In this document: one piece after another, positions 19,381 through 28,570 of the stretch
Numbering within the stretch: position 1 is the stretch's first letter
Layout: each line of letters opens with the position of its first letter
From: Bdellovibrionota bacterium FG-1
GTDB taxonomy: Bacteria; Bdellovibrionota; UBA1018
Assembly (NCBI GenBank): GCA_051382295.1
Contig: JBBCAW010000041.1
Span: 1-64,000, forward strand
DNA length: 64,000 nucleotides
Direction of reading: 5' to 3'
Translations under genes and position numbers: made by a program
The notes under the pieces: generated by a model
Told to the model about the DNA's origin: nothing
The model's input: the letters and a program-made list of their open reading frames with translations, nothing else
The model's database searches: none

Positions 19381-20529
19381 ATGTCTCGTTTACTGACTTT
19401 ACCAAACATATCGTCCATTCAAGCTAACTCCGCGACTACTGTGGTTGTTGGAATGTCAGGCGGGGTGGACTCATCTGTGGCGGCGCTGATTCTGAAAGAA
19501 CAAGGGTACCGCGTAGTGGGCCTGTTTATGAAGAATTGGGAAGAAAAAGACGAAAATGGAGTCTGCACCTCTGCTCAGGACTTTGAGGATGTGCGTCGCG
19601 TTTGTGAGCGACTGGATATTCCTTATTACGGCGTGGAATTCGTCAAAGAATATTGGGACAACGTCTTTACGCATTTTTTGCGGGAGTACCAAGAGGGCTA
19701 CACGCCGAATCCCGACATTCTGTGTAATCGAGAGATTAAGTTCAATTTGTTCATGAAAAAGGCCCTGGAGGAAGTCGGCGGTGATCGTCTGGCTACGGGG
19801 CATTATGCGCAAGTAGGAGAGGGTTTTTCTCTTTTGAAGGGCGTGGATCCAGGCAAAGATCAGTCGTACTTTCTTTACACGCTGAAAAATTTGATTCTTA
19901 AAAAAGTGCTTTTTCCGATTGGGGATTTGCCAAAAGCCCAGGTGCGAGAGCTTGCCATGAAAGCGGGCTTGGCGACGGCGACCAAAAAAGACAGTACGGG
20001 TATCTGCTTTATTGGCGAGCGCAATTTTACGAAATTTCTTTCGCAATATGTGCACGCAAAACCTGGAAAAATTCGCACGCTGGATGGAACGGTGGTGGGA
20101 GACCATCAGGGGGTTTGCTTTTACACGCTCGGTCAACGAAAGGGCTTGGGGTTAGGCGGCGAGGGCGAGGCGTATTTTGTGGTGGCTAAAGACCCCAAGC
20201 GGGGTGTCGTTTATGTGGAGAGAGGGGCTAATCATCCGGCTCTTTATACGGACTCGCTCACTGCCACCGAAATCAGCTGGGTGGATGAAGTGGGTCCGGT
20301 GGAATTACCATTGCGCTGTCGGGCTAAAACTCGGTATCGGCAGGCGGATCAGGCCTGTGTGATTACGCGCATTGAAAATGGCCGGATTTACGTCGAGTTT
20401 GATGAGCCGCAGCGCTCTGTCACTCCGCGCCAGTCAGTCGTGTTTTATCTGGGCGAGCAATGTCTGGGGGGCGCGATGATTGAAGCACCGGGACCGAGTT
20501 ACTTTGAGCTTGGAAAACCTTTGCGTTGA
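19381..20529 (+). CDS. mnmA: tRNA 2-thiouridine(34) synthase
   Basis: [42 protein letters not shown]. Confidence 0.98.
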   Translation: MSRLLTLPNISSIQANSATTVVVGMSGGVDSSVAALILKEQGYRVVGLFMKNWEEKDENGVCTSAQDFEDVRRVCERLDIPYYGVEFVKEYWDNVFTHFLREYQEGYTPNPDILCNREIKFNLFMKKALEEVGGDRLATGHYAQVGEGFSLLKGVDPGKDQSYFLYTLKNLILKKVLFPIGDLPKAQVRELAMKAGLATATKKDSTGICFIGERNFTKFLSQYVHAKPGKIRTLDGTVVGDHQGVCFYTLGQRKGLGLGGEGEAYFVVAKDPKRGVVYVERGANHPALYTDSLTATEISWVDEVGPVELPLRCRAKTRYRQADQACVITRIENGRIYVEFDEPQRSVTPRQSVVFYLGEQCLGGAMIEAPGPSYFELGKPLR

Positions 20530-20563
20530 GGCCTATTCAATATATCATGCACCGGGGCGTACA

Positions 20564-20857
20564 ATGCTAAATACCGTGATTCTTGATCAAGATCCGATCC
20601 GCGTTTTTCTATTTGGATCACGCGCTCGGGGGGATGAAACCGAGGGAAGTGATTACGATCTTCTTGTGATTGTACCCGTCTCTAATGTGCCCGGTTTTCG
20701 CTTGGCCCAGCAAGCCCATCGTCATGCCTTCCGTGGAATCCCAGCCCCTATCGATGTGGTATTTTTTACTGAACAAAAATTTGAAGAAAGAAAGGCTGTG
20801 ATTGGTTCATTGCCCGAAACGGCGGTGCACGAGGGAAAAGAGCTTTATGCCGCTTGA
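20564..20857 (+). CDS. Minimal nucleotidyltransferase (MNT) of an MNT-HEPN pair
   Basis: LFGSRARGD…SDYDLLV…IDV…EGKELY; N-terminus appears short. Confidence 0.85.
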   Translation: MLNTVILDQDPIRVFLFGSRARGDETEGSDYDLLVIVPVSNVPGFRLAQQAHRHAFRGIPAPIDVVFFTEQKFEERKAVIGSLPETAVHEGKELYAA

Positions 20858-21119
20858 TCCTAAGAGCAAAGAAACTCAAGAGTGGTTGGCCATTGCTAAA
20901 ACTGATCTTCGATACCTTGGAGACCTGGCACTAACCAAAGATCCAACGTTGTCGCCTTTAATTGATGACGCAGTATCTTTGAATCCTTATGCCGTGTCAA
21001 CTCGCTACCCGGGATTTGCGGATGAAATTGAGCCGGCAGAAGTCGAAGAAGTCCTTGTTCTTGCTGAAAAAGTTTACAACGAAATTTTGAAGCGTTTACC
21101 CCAGGAAATCCATCCGTAA
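20847..21119 (+). pseudogene. HEPN-domain protein with apparent in-frame internal deletion
   Basis: Has EWLAIAKTDL and LNPYAVSTRYPG but lacks the FHxQQxxEKxLK…KTH core; 90 aa; overlaps the MNT stop. Confidence 0.7.
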
Positions 21120-21153
21120 CCGGGGCGAACCATTTTTTTGAGAGATCTAAACT

Positions 21154-21354
21154 ATGAAATTTTTGACACCGATTGTTTATTGTTGCGTTGCCGGAGTCGT
21201 GATCAGTTTTTGCGGAAGCCTTTACACGGGCTATCGCATCCATCAGGAAGAAAGTCGCCCTCGTATCCAGGTGCTTCCTTTGCCGGCGATGGGTGGACCT
21301 GCGGGTGGTGACAAATTCCGGAAGGATGGAGCGCTTCCTACGCCAGCGCGGTAA
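21154..21354 (+). CDS. Small single-TM hypothetical protein
   Basis: 66-aa ORF with N-terminal hydrophobic helix, filling the intergenic gap. Confidence 0.5.
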   Translation: MKFLTPIVYCCVAGVVISFCGSLYTGYRIHQEESRPRIQVLPLPAMGGPAGGDKFRKDGALPTPAR

Positions 21355-21390
21355 AAGCAAGGATGTGGCCCCCTCAACTCACCAGACCAT

Positions 21391-21975
21391 CTAGGGCATA
21401 CCCCAGATCACGCCATCTTTGCTGGTGGTGCAAACACGGTAGCCACGAGCCAAGAGCTTTTTCATGGGAATGCCGGACGCCTCAAAAAGATTTTTGATGA
21501 GATAGCGGCCCATGCCTTCGAAATCGCGTCCAAATTGAACGATCCGAGAGAAGGCCAGGTGATCCCAAAACCCTCGCCCAGTTTTGTTGCGGGCTAATGC
21601 GGCGCCCTTTTTTGCGCCAGTAACGATCAGGGCGATTCCGCCGGCAAACTCGCGCAAGAAGCGTTTCCAGACGGCCCGTGACGGCACTCGGATGAGCAAA
21701 TGGATGTGATTACCGACGTTGGCATAGCGATAAAGGCGCACGCCCCAATGCTTAGCCAATTGGCGGGCGAATTCTTCAATCAGATTGCAGTGCCTGGGAT
21801 GAAGCATTGAAAGCGCCCCTCGCGCCTGCGAGGAACGCAGGACAACATGAAGAGCTTGCTTGGGGTCGATGGGGCGTACCGTCTTCCGTTTACCCAAGGC
21901 GTGCTCGCCGCCATGGGAAATGGATGCGGTCTTCGAATTAAACCCAGGCAGATAGGATTCTTTTTTTAGTCTCAC
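21391..21975 (-). CDS. Stand-alone Y1 HUH endonuclease (RAYT/IS200-like transposase family)
   Basis: HGG…RP…HVVLRS, GNHIHLL (HUH), FWDHLAFSRIV, candidate catalytic Tyr in RYLIKN. Likely GTG start at 21975. Confidence 0.8.
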   Translation of the reverse strand: MRLKKESYLPGFNSKTASISHGGEHALGKRKTVRPIDPKQALHVVLRSSQARGALSMLHPRHCNLIEEFARQLAKHWGVRLYRYANVGNHIHLLIRVPSRAVWKRFLREFAGGIALIVTGAKKGAALARNKTGRGFWDHLAFSRIVQFGRDFEGMGRYLIKNLFEASGIPMKKLLARGYRVCTTSKDGVIWGMP

Positions 21976-22240
21976 GCGCCTAAAATAACACCGGGGCAAT
22001 GGGTTGTAAAGCGAATAGGAGCATGAAAATCGAACGGATAACAGCATGTTTATTAAGGACATTCAAGACGCTCTTGAATACGGTCGAGGAAGAAGTCCAA
22101 AAACTGCGGGATGAAGCCGGAAAATCCAACAAGCCCCATCCCAAAGGGGTGGAATCCGCCAAACGCGATAAAATTGAGATCACGAGTCAGAAAAGATAAT
22201 ATCGAGTTTATTCTGGAGCGCTTTTACTCTCCAACACAAA

Positions 22241-23686
22241 GTGGCGAGAATCGTTGCGATGCTTATGGCGGCAGGAGTCGCCTTTCTTGGGTTTATCGGC
22301 ACTGTCGGTTATCTTTATGATGAGCCTCCATTATACGGCGGTCAACTCACGCCAATCGCGCAACCCGTCACCTTGCTGTTCAGTTTGCTTGGCATCTCCG
22401 TGTTCATCCTTGAATCCCGCGAATCGCGCGCATTTTTGAGGTTACACCATCCCGTAGAACTTCTATTGGTCAAATCTTTCGTGCCGCCATCCTGCCTGGC
22501 GATGCTCATCATGGGTTGGTTTGCCAATAAACTCCATTCTCAACAGCCCCATCCGAATTTTTCTCTTATTTTTTCGGTGGTGAGTATCGTCATCATGACG
22601 ATAGCTGCTTTGCACATCATCATGGTTTCGCGGAGGATAGGGCATCGGCTTGAGGTGGCACAGGAGCAGAGCAATCAGAGCGCCCTGGCACTTAAGGAAA
22701 GCGAAGCGCGATTCCGAAATGTCGTTGAAAATTCTCTAGTCGGGGTGTGGCAGATCGACTCCAACTACAAGACAGTTTACGTTAATCAACCTATGGCGGA
22801 AATGCTGGGGACCCATGCAAATGAGACCATCGGTCATACTCCGTTAGAGTGGGTATACGAAGGTGACCGAGCAGATCTTGTGACTCGTTTAAAAAACAGG
22901 AAACACAAAAAAAAGGAAACCTACGAATTTCGTCTTCATCGTAGGGATACCGGGGCACTTTTGCATATCGCCATCTCTGCTAGTCCGCTCTTAGATGAAA
23001 AAGGTGAGTTTATGGGGTCTTTTGCCATGGTGACAGACACTACGGCATTAAAAAACACACAAGCCGCTCTCCATCAATATGTTAACGCGGTCGTTGACTC
23101 CCAAGAAACCGAACGTCGCCGCGTCGCTCAGGAACTTCATGAGGGCGTGATTCAACTTCTCGGCGTGACCCTGCATCGTCTGCGGGCTCCAGTAGGGGCT
23201 GTATCCCGCCATACCGCGGAAGAATTACTGACTCGAGCGATCGACGAAATTCGAAGAATCACCTATCGCCTGCGGCCCTTTGTTTTGGATGATCTCGGGC
23301 TTGCCACGGCGATTCAGTCGCTTTGCGCTGATTTTGAGGAAAGAACCCAAAAAAGCCTCAATATCAGGCTTGGCAAAATGCCCGAGCGACTCGGTGATAA
23401 AGAAGAGTTGGCGATCTTTCGGATCACGCAAGAGGTGTTGAACAATATCGAAAAACATTCTGAAGCCACAAAAGTAGTGCTAGAGCTCCAGGTGGAATCG
23501 TCGGTAGCGCGCTTGAATATCTCTGACAATGGAACAGGTTTTATTGCGGCGGAGCAGAACAGTAAACTCGTCACAGGCTTGGGGCTGCACCATATCAAGG
23601 AGCGCGCCATTGCTGTCGGCGGTTCGGCTTTTATCGATTCTACGCCTGGGAAGGGAACCCATATTTCAGTGAGTATTCCAGTATGA
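22241..23686 (+). CDS. Membrane PAS-domain sensor histidine kinase (HisKA_3)
   Basis: TM helices, PAS, ERRRVAQELHEG, LRPFVLDDLGL, QEVLNNIEKH, DNGTGF, GLGL. Confidence 0.92.
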   Translation: MARIVAMLMAAGVAFLGFIGTVGYLYDEPPLYGGQLTPIAQPVTLLFSLLGISVFILESRESRAFLRLHHPVELLLVKSFVPPSCLAMLIMGWFANKLHSQQPHPNFSLIFSVVSIVIMTIAALHIIMVSRRIGHRLEVAQEQSNQSALALKESEARFRNVVENSLVGVWQIDSNYKTVYVNQPMAEMLGTHANETIGHTPLEWVYEGDRADLVTRLKNRKHKKKETYEFRLHRRDTGALLHIAISASPLLDEKGEFMGSFAMVTDTTALKNTQAALHQYVNAVVDSQETERRRVAQELHEGVIQLLGVTLHRLRAPVGAVSRHTAEELLTRAIDEIRRITYRLRPFVLDDLGLATAIQSLCADFEERTQKSLNIRLGKMPERLGDKEELAIFRITQEVLNNIEKHSEATKVVLELQVESSVARLNISDNGTGFIAAEQNSKLVTGLGLHHIKERAIAVGGSAFIDSTPGKGTHISVSIPV

Positions 23687-24348
23687 CCAAAAATTTGATT
23701 CGCGTTTTATTGGTTGATGATCATCCCCTTTTTCGAGAAGGGATCAAATCAAGTCTTAATGCTCATTCAGATATCGAAGTCGTCGGCGAAGCAAGTGATG
23801 GGCTTGAGGCCATTGAAAAAACCGCACAACTCGATCCGAATGTCATTCTTCTGGATATCGGCATGCCCAAGATGAATGGCCTGATGACGGCAAAAGTACT
23901 GAGGGAAAAATACTCGAAAAGCCAGATTCTCATTCTCACCATGCATAATCGATGGGAATACGTGCAGCGGTTTATCGAAATGGGTGTGAAGGGTTATATT
24001 CTGAAAGATGCCCATCCCCATGAATTGAGCAAAGCCCTTCGCAGAGTTTCAGCGGGGCAGGCCTATGTGAGCGAAGGGATCGACGGCCAGGGCCAGGTAA
24101 CAACTGAGCACACTGCGTGCACGGGCCGCGACACTACTCACCTTCTTTCTAAACGCGAGTGGGAGGTCTTAAAATGCATCGCAATCTCTTCTCGCAGTAA
24201 AGACGTCGCTGAAAAACTGGGCATTAGCGTCCGGACCGTGGAGAAACACCGAGGCCGGATCATGAAGAAACTTGGAATTGATAACGTCGCAGGTTTGATA
24301 CGTTATGCGCTGACCCTCGAAATCGATGGTCTTGGCACGAACTTATGA
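23683..24348 (+). CDS. NarL/FixJ-family response regulator
   Basis: LVDDHPLFREG, LLDIGMP, C-terminal LuxR HTH; ATGA overlap with the kinase. Confidence 0.95.
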   Translation: MTKNLIRVLLVDDHPLFREGIKSSLNAHSDIEVVGEASDGLEAIEKTAQLDPNVILLDIGMPKMNGLMTAKVLREKYSKSQILILTMHNRWEYVQRFIEMGVKGYILKDAHPHELSKALRRVSAGQAYVSEGIDGQGQVTTEHTACTGRDTTHLLSKREWEVLKCIAISSRSKDVAEKLGISVRTVEKHRGRIMKKLGIDNVAGLIRYALTLEIDGLGTNL

Positions 24349-24621
24349 ACCTATCTTTTCGCCTTCGTGACAATCGTAACAAGTGGTTTTTCCCTTGAAT
24401 TTGCCTTCTTGCTTGCGGAGCGAGGTGCGCATTTCTTGGGCTTTCAGAAAATAAGGTTTGGTCGTGTGCTGCTTGATGTTTTCGCGATTATGGCACTCGG
24501 TACAAGATTTCATTCCAAGTTCCTTCCGATAATTCGGTTTGGCCCAGAGGCTGCTTGCCCAGATCAGCGACATCGCGAAAACAATCACACAGGTCACCAT
24601 TCGTGTCATAAGGCGTGTCAT
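24343..24621 (-). CDS. Small secreted diheme c-type cytochrome
   Basis: Signal peptide (LWA-K), CTECH and CYDCH; its AGGAG RBS overlaps the MCP stop. Confidence 0.82.
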   Translation of the reverse strand: MTRLMTRMVTCVIVFAMSLIWASSLWAKPNYRKELGMKSCTECHNRENIKQHTTKPYFLKAQEMRTSLRKQEGKFKGKTTCYDCHEGEKIGS

Positions 24622-24632
24622 ATGCGAGACTC

Positions 24633-26273
24633 CTAAGCTGCAACCTGTGTGTCGGTGGGTTCATGATCAGCGGCGACTGTCCCTGAGGGGGACAAGGCCA
24701 AAGGCACCCTCTTTGGCCTTTCAGTCAGGACGGAGATTGCAAAGACTGACTCCTTCAAGGTCTCCGCTTTTGCGTTCAGTTGGGTGGCCGCGGTAGCGGT
24801 GGTTTGTGACAGAACGGAGTTTTTATTCAGCGATTGGCTCATTTCACCCATTGCCTTGTTAATCTCCCGGACTCCGGTGGCTTGTTCCTCGGACGCGACG
24901 GTAATTTCGCTGGTCATGCTATGGACTTTCTCCACTGCTTTTACGATGTCTTGAAAAATTTCAGAACAACGTTGAGTGGTGACAAAACCACTGTCCACTT
25001 TTTCCTTAGCCCCCACCATTAGACCGTGAACATTACGAGTGGACTCGTCGATGATCAGGGTAATTTTGCCAATGCTCGTGTCGAGCATGTCCGCAATGTC
25101 CTTGGCAGCGGCGCCGCTCATCTGCGCGAGCTTTCCTACTTCTTCGGCGACTACCGCAAAGCCTTTGCCGTTTTCGCCCGCCCGCGCCGCCTCGACCGAG
25201 GCATTGAACGACAACAGCTTGGTCTGAAACACGATGTCGTTGATGACACTGGTTTTATCGCGGATTTCCGAGATGAGCTTGGTGATTTCAGATATTTTGC
25301 GATTGTTGACCTGAATTTCTTCCGTAATGGATCCATTGCTCTTTTGGATTTGCTCCATGGATTGCGCCAATTCATCCATGACGCCTTTTCCGAGCGTGGC
25401 CAAGCTCTGGGAGGACTCTGAGGCTTCCCGAGAACTCTTGGCATTGTCAGCAGTTTTAGCCACCATGGCACTCATCTGCTCCAGTGAGGCAGCGGTCTCC
25501 TGAAGGGCGCTGCTTTGTTGCGTAGCCGTACTGGAAAGGGACACGCTAGTGAGTGAAACATTCTGCGTGGCTTGAGTAATTTCTTTGGAGGCGGATCGAA
25601 GTTCTTGGACGACCCCTGAAAGCAAGTCGTTTGTGCGTTTGCAAAGAACCCAGATTCCAAAGGCAATCAAAACGTTGCCCATAATCAGCGACAAAATGAT
25701 GACCCGGGTGGCCTGCTTCATCCCATCCGCCACTCGATCCGCCTCATCGGTCGTGTCGCGGCCCGAATAGATTTCTAGGAGATCGGTCATCTCGATCTGC
25801 TTCTTGGTCAATGGGCGGTAATCGCGTTCCAAGAGGGATGCAAGCTCCTTTGTTTTGCCTGACAACGCTAACTGCATCATCTGGTCTTCAACGGGTTTGA
25901 GCTTTTGAACGGTGAATACGGTCAATTCAGATACTCGTTTTGAAACGTCCTCGGATCGAACCACCATGGAAAATTCGTCGAGGATTCTGGCTCGGTCTGT
26001 TTCTAACGTGTCGAAAGCTTTTTTCCAGTCGTTGGTCGCGGACCCCGTCAAGGCAATCTTTTCGAAGGCGGTGGTAATTTTAAAACTGGTGAGGTCAAGC
26101 TCCACCGCGAGACGGGAACCATGTGCGGCTAAGAGCGAATCATAGGTGTCTGCGCTCAACGCTCGCCAGGCAATCACGCTCACGACAAGACTCAGGAGTA
26201 GGATCGGAATTTGAAGTGAGTTAATACGCTTTTTGAGCGTCATGTTGTCCATTTTTTGTAAGAGGCCGAGCAT
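24633..26273 (-). CDS. Methyl-accepting chemotaxis protein
   Basis: Two TMs around a helical sensor; [36 protein letters not shown]. Confidence 0.96.
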   Translation of the reverse strand: MLGLLQKMDNMTLKKRINSLQIPILLLSLVVSVIAWRALSADTYDSLLAAHGSRLAVELDLTSFKITTAFEKIALTGSATNDWKKAFDTLETDRARILDEFSMVVRSEDVSKRVSELTVFTVQKLKPVEDQMMQLALSGKTKELASLLERDYRPLTKKQIEMTDLLEIYSGRDTTDEADRVADGMKQATRVIILSLIMGNVLIAFGIWVLCKRTNDLLSGVVQELRSASKEITQATQNVSLTSVSLSSTATQQSSALQETAASLEQMSAMVAKTADNAKSSREASESSQSLATLGKGVMDELAQSMEQIQKSNGSITEEIQVNNRKISEITKLISEIRDKTSVINDIVFQTKLLSFNASVEAARAGENGKGFAVVAEEVGKLAQMSGAAAKDIADMLDTSIGKITLIIDESTRNVHGLMVGAKEKVDSGFVTTQRCSEIFQDIVKAVEKVHSMTSEITVASEEQATGVREINKAMGEMSQSLNKNSVLSQTTATAATQLNAKAETLKESVFAISVLTERPKRVPLALSPSGTVAADHEPTDTQVAA

Positions 26274-26319
26274 CTTGTTATTCTCCTGTTATGAGCAATA
26301 AAACACGGGCGATAACAGC

Positions 26320-26363
26320 GTATCGGTTTTGAAAGGTTTTGTTGAATGGGTAAAACTACGCAT
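26320..26363 (-). promoter_or_regulatory. Sigma-28-like promoter with adjacent NarL-type dyad upstream of the MCP
   Basis: Minus strand TCAAC-N13-ACCGATAC (26345-26320); abutting dyad ATGGGTA-AAAC-TACGCAT (26346-26363). Confidence 0.55.
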
Positions 26364-26412
26364 CGTGCGAAGATTGCTAGGAAATTCCACATGGGGGGTA
26401 GAGGATTTAAAC

Positions 26413-28332
26413 TTACCGCTGATCTAAATAGAGTTTTTTGCCCATTTTCCCGGTCGGGGGCTCAATCAGGGAGGGGCGCTTCTCGCCAGGCGTTGGGCTT
26501 GTGAGGCCTCGTTTGTATTGCACAATCACTTCCAGATTTCCCGGTTTATGCGGTTGTAAAAGAGCCTGTTGGATTTTTCGATCCTTCCACTCTTTGGCGA
26601 CAAAGAGCGGAGTCTTTGTCATCGGATCGATCCCTGACCAGAACATGGCGGTGGCTAAAGTCATGGGCGTGGGGATAAAGGCCTGCACTTGTTGCAGGTT
26701 CCAACCTTTTTGTTTCATGTATTGATAAACTTTTTCCATTTTTTCATGCGTGGTGCCTGGAAAACCTGAAATAAAGTACGGCACGACATATTGGACTTTG
26801 CCGGCTTGGGCCGAGATCTTTTCAAAATAGCTCACGAACTCATCAAAATGATTGAGTCCCGGTTTTTTCATCAAATGTAAAACTTCTTCATCCAAATGTT
26901 CGGGCGCGACTTTGAGGTGACCACCTACATGATGTGTGATCAGTTCGCGTAGATAGGTTTGACCGGATTGTTCGTCTGCCAGGGAAAGATCGTAGCGGAG
27001 GCCGGAAGAAATCGTGATTTTTTTAATACCAGGCAGTTTGCGGGCTTTTTGGAGGAGCGCGACTTGGGGGCTGTGATCCTTGTGCAGATGGGGGCAGGCC
27101 CGGGGATGAACACAGCTGAGTTTGCGGCACTTGCTTTGAATCTCCGTGCTCTTGCATCGAAGTTGCCACATATTGGCGGTCGGGCCCCCGATATCCGAGA
27201 CCTGGCCCTTGAATCCCGGCACTTGCTTGAGGTTACCCAGTTCCGTCAAGATGGACTTTTCAGAACGCGATTGCACGATTCGGCCTTGATGTAAGGTGAT
27301 CGCACAAAACGAACAGCCGCCAAAGCAACCCCGCGTGGAGGCCACGCTAAAACGAATCATGTCGGCCGCGGGAATCCGTGCCGTGTAAGCGGGGTGTTGT
27401 TCTTTCGTGAACGGCATTTCGTAAATCGAATCCATTTCAGGAGTCGAAAGCGGAAGGGCGGGTGGGTTAATGACCACGGCTTTGGAGCCGTGATATTGAA
27501 CGAGGCGCTTGCCGTTATAGGGTGAGGCTTCGTACTCAATAAAATAGGCGGCTTTGGCAAATTTCTTTTTGTCGTCACGAACTTCTTCAAACGAAGGGAG
27601 GGTGATTCTGGGTTCCAAGGCACGAGCCTGGTCTTTGGTGGCAAGGAAAGCCATTCCGCGTTGAGTTTTTAGATAGGCCAACGCTTGTTGAGTGGCCGGA
27701 TGTTTGAGATCGACGGGGCCGCCGATTTCTTGTTCGGCTTTTTGTAGCTCCGTTACCAATACTCCCGTGGTGCGCTCGCCCATGCCAAAAACGAGAAGTT
27801 CCGCTTGAAGCTCCGTGAGAATTGAGGGCCTGATCTTATTTTGCCAATAGTCATAGTGGGCGAGGCGACGCAAGGAGGCTTCGACGCCACCGACAATAAC
27901 GGGGGTTTCTGGAAAGGCTTGGCGCGCTAATTGGGAATAGACGACGCTCGCATAATCGGGACGACGGTGGCCGCGTCCTCCTTCGGAGTACATGTCGTCG
28001 GAGCGAACTTTTTTATTTGCAGTGTAATTATTAATCATGCTGTCGACCGTGCCCGAAGAAACGCCGACAAAGAGCCGAGGCCTTCCCAGTCTTTGAAAGT
28101 CTTCGAGCGTCTCCCAGCGAGGTTGGGCGATGATGCCGACCCGGAGTCCCAGGCGTTCCAGCCAGCGCCCCAGGCAAGGGACTCCAAAACTCGGATGATC
28201 CACGTAGGCGTCGCCGGAAATGAGTAAAACATCGAGTTCCATCCACCCCTTCCAGTTCATTTCTTGGCGGGTCATGGGTAAAAAACGGCGGCACGCTTCT
28301 CGATAAACGACGTCGTTGGTCATTTGCATCAT
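26413..28332 (-). CDS. ygiQ: YgiQ-family (UPF0313) radical SAM protein
   Basis: SGDAYVDHPSFG, GGVEASLRR, RGCFGGCSFC, DIGGPTANM, KVAPEH, QVQAFIPTPMT. Start is approximate. Confidence 0.93.
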   Translation of the reverse strand: MMQMTNDVVYREACRRFLPMTRQEMNWKGWMELDVLLISGDAYVDHPSFGVPCLGRWLERLGLRVGIIAQPRWETLEDFQRLGRPRLFVGVSSGTVDSMINNYTANKKVRSDDMYSEGGRGHRRPDYASVVYSQLARQAFPETPVIVGGVEASLRRLAHYDYWQNKIRPSILTELQAELLVFGMGERTTGVLVTELQKAEQEIGGPVDLKHPATQQALAYLKTQRGMAFLATKDQARALEPRITLPSFEEVRDDKKKFAKAAYFIEYEASPYNGKRLVQYHGSKAVVINPPALPLSTPEMDSIYEMPFTKEQHPAYTARIPAADMIRFSVASTRGCFGGCSFCAITLHQGRIVQSRSEKSILTELGNLKQVPGFKGQVSDIGGPTANMWQLRCKSTEIQSKCRKLSCVHPRACPHLHKDHSPQVALLQKARKLPGIKKITISSGLRYDLSLADEQSGQTYLRELITHHVGGHLKVAPEHLDEEVLHLMKKPGLNHFDEFVSYFEKISAQAGKVQYVVPYFISGFPGTTHEKMEKVYQYMKQKGWNLQQVQAFIPTPMTLATAMFWSGIDPMTKTPLFVAKEWKDRKIQQALLQPHKPGNLEVIVQYKRGLTSPTPGEKRPSLIEPPTGKMGKKLYLDQR

Positions 28333-28393
28333 AATAAACTCAGACATTTTAAAAACCGAGTGTTTTGGTATTATAAAGCACTGGTTTTGTCTA

Positions 28394-28570
28394 CCTAAAT
28401 CGTAGCTAGTCAGCGAACAGCAATCAGCTTTATAAAAGAATTCAAAGACATGCATTGCTGCTAGACGGATGTAACTTTTTGAAAGCCGTCTCAAACGGCT
28501 TTATAAATTCTTGTTTTTATTCGTCTTAGCTGACGCCTGTTAGCTGAAGGCTGACTAGCTACCCTAAATC
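28394..28570. mobile_element. 161-bp MITE-like insertion (28402-28562) with 13-bp TIRs and 8-bp target-site duplication
   Basis: GTAGCTAGTCAGC (28402-28414) and GCTGACTAGCTAC (28550-28562) are perfect inverted repeats; CCTAAATC directly flanks both ends (28394-28401, 28563-28570). Confidence 0.8.

Noticed and set aside
28333..28494. N-terminal extension of ygiQ
   Set aside because: Runs into the MITE and is non-conserved-looking sequence.
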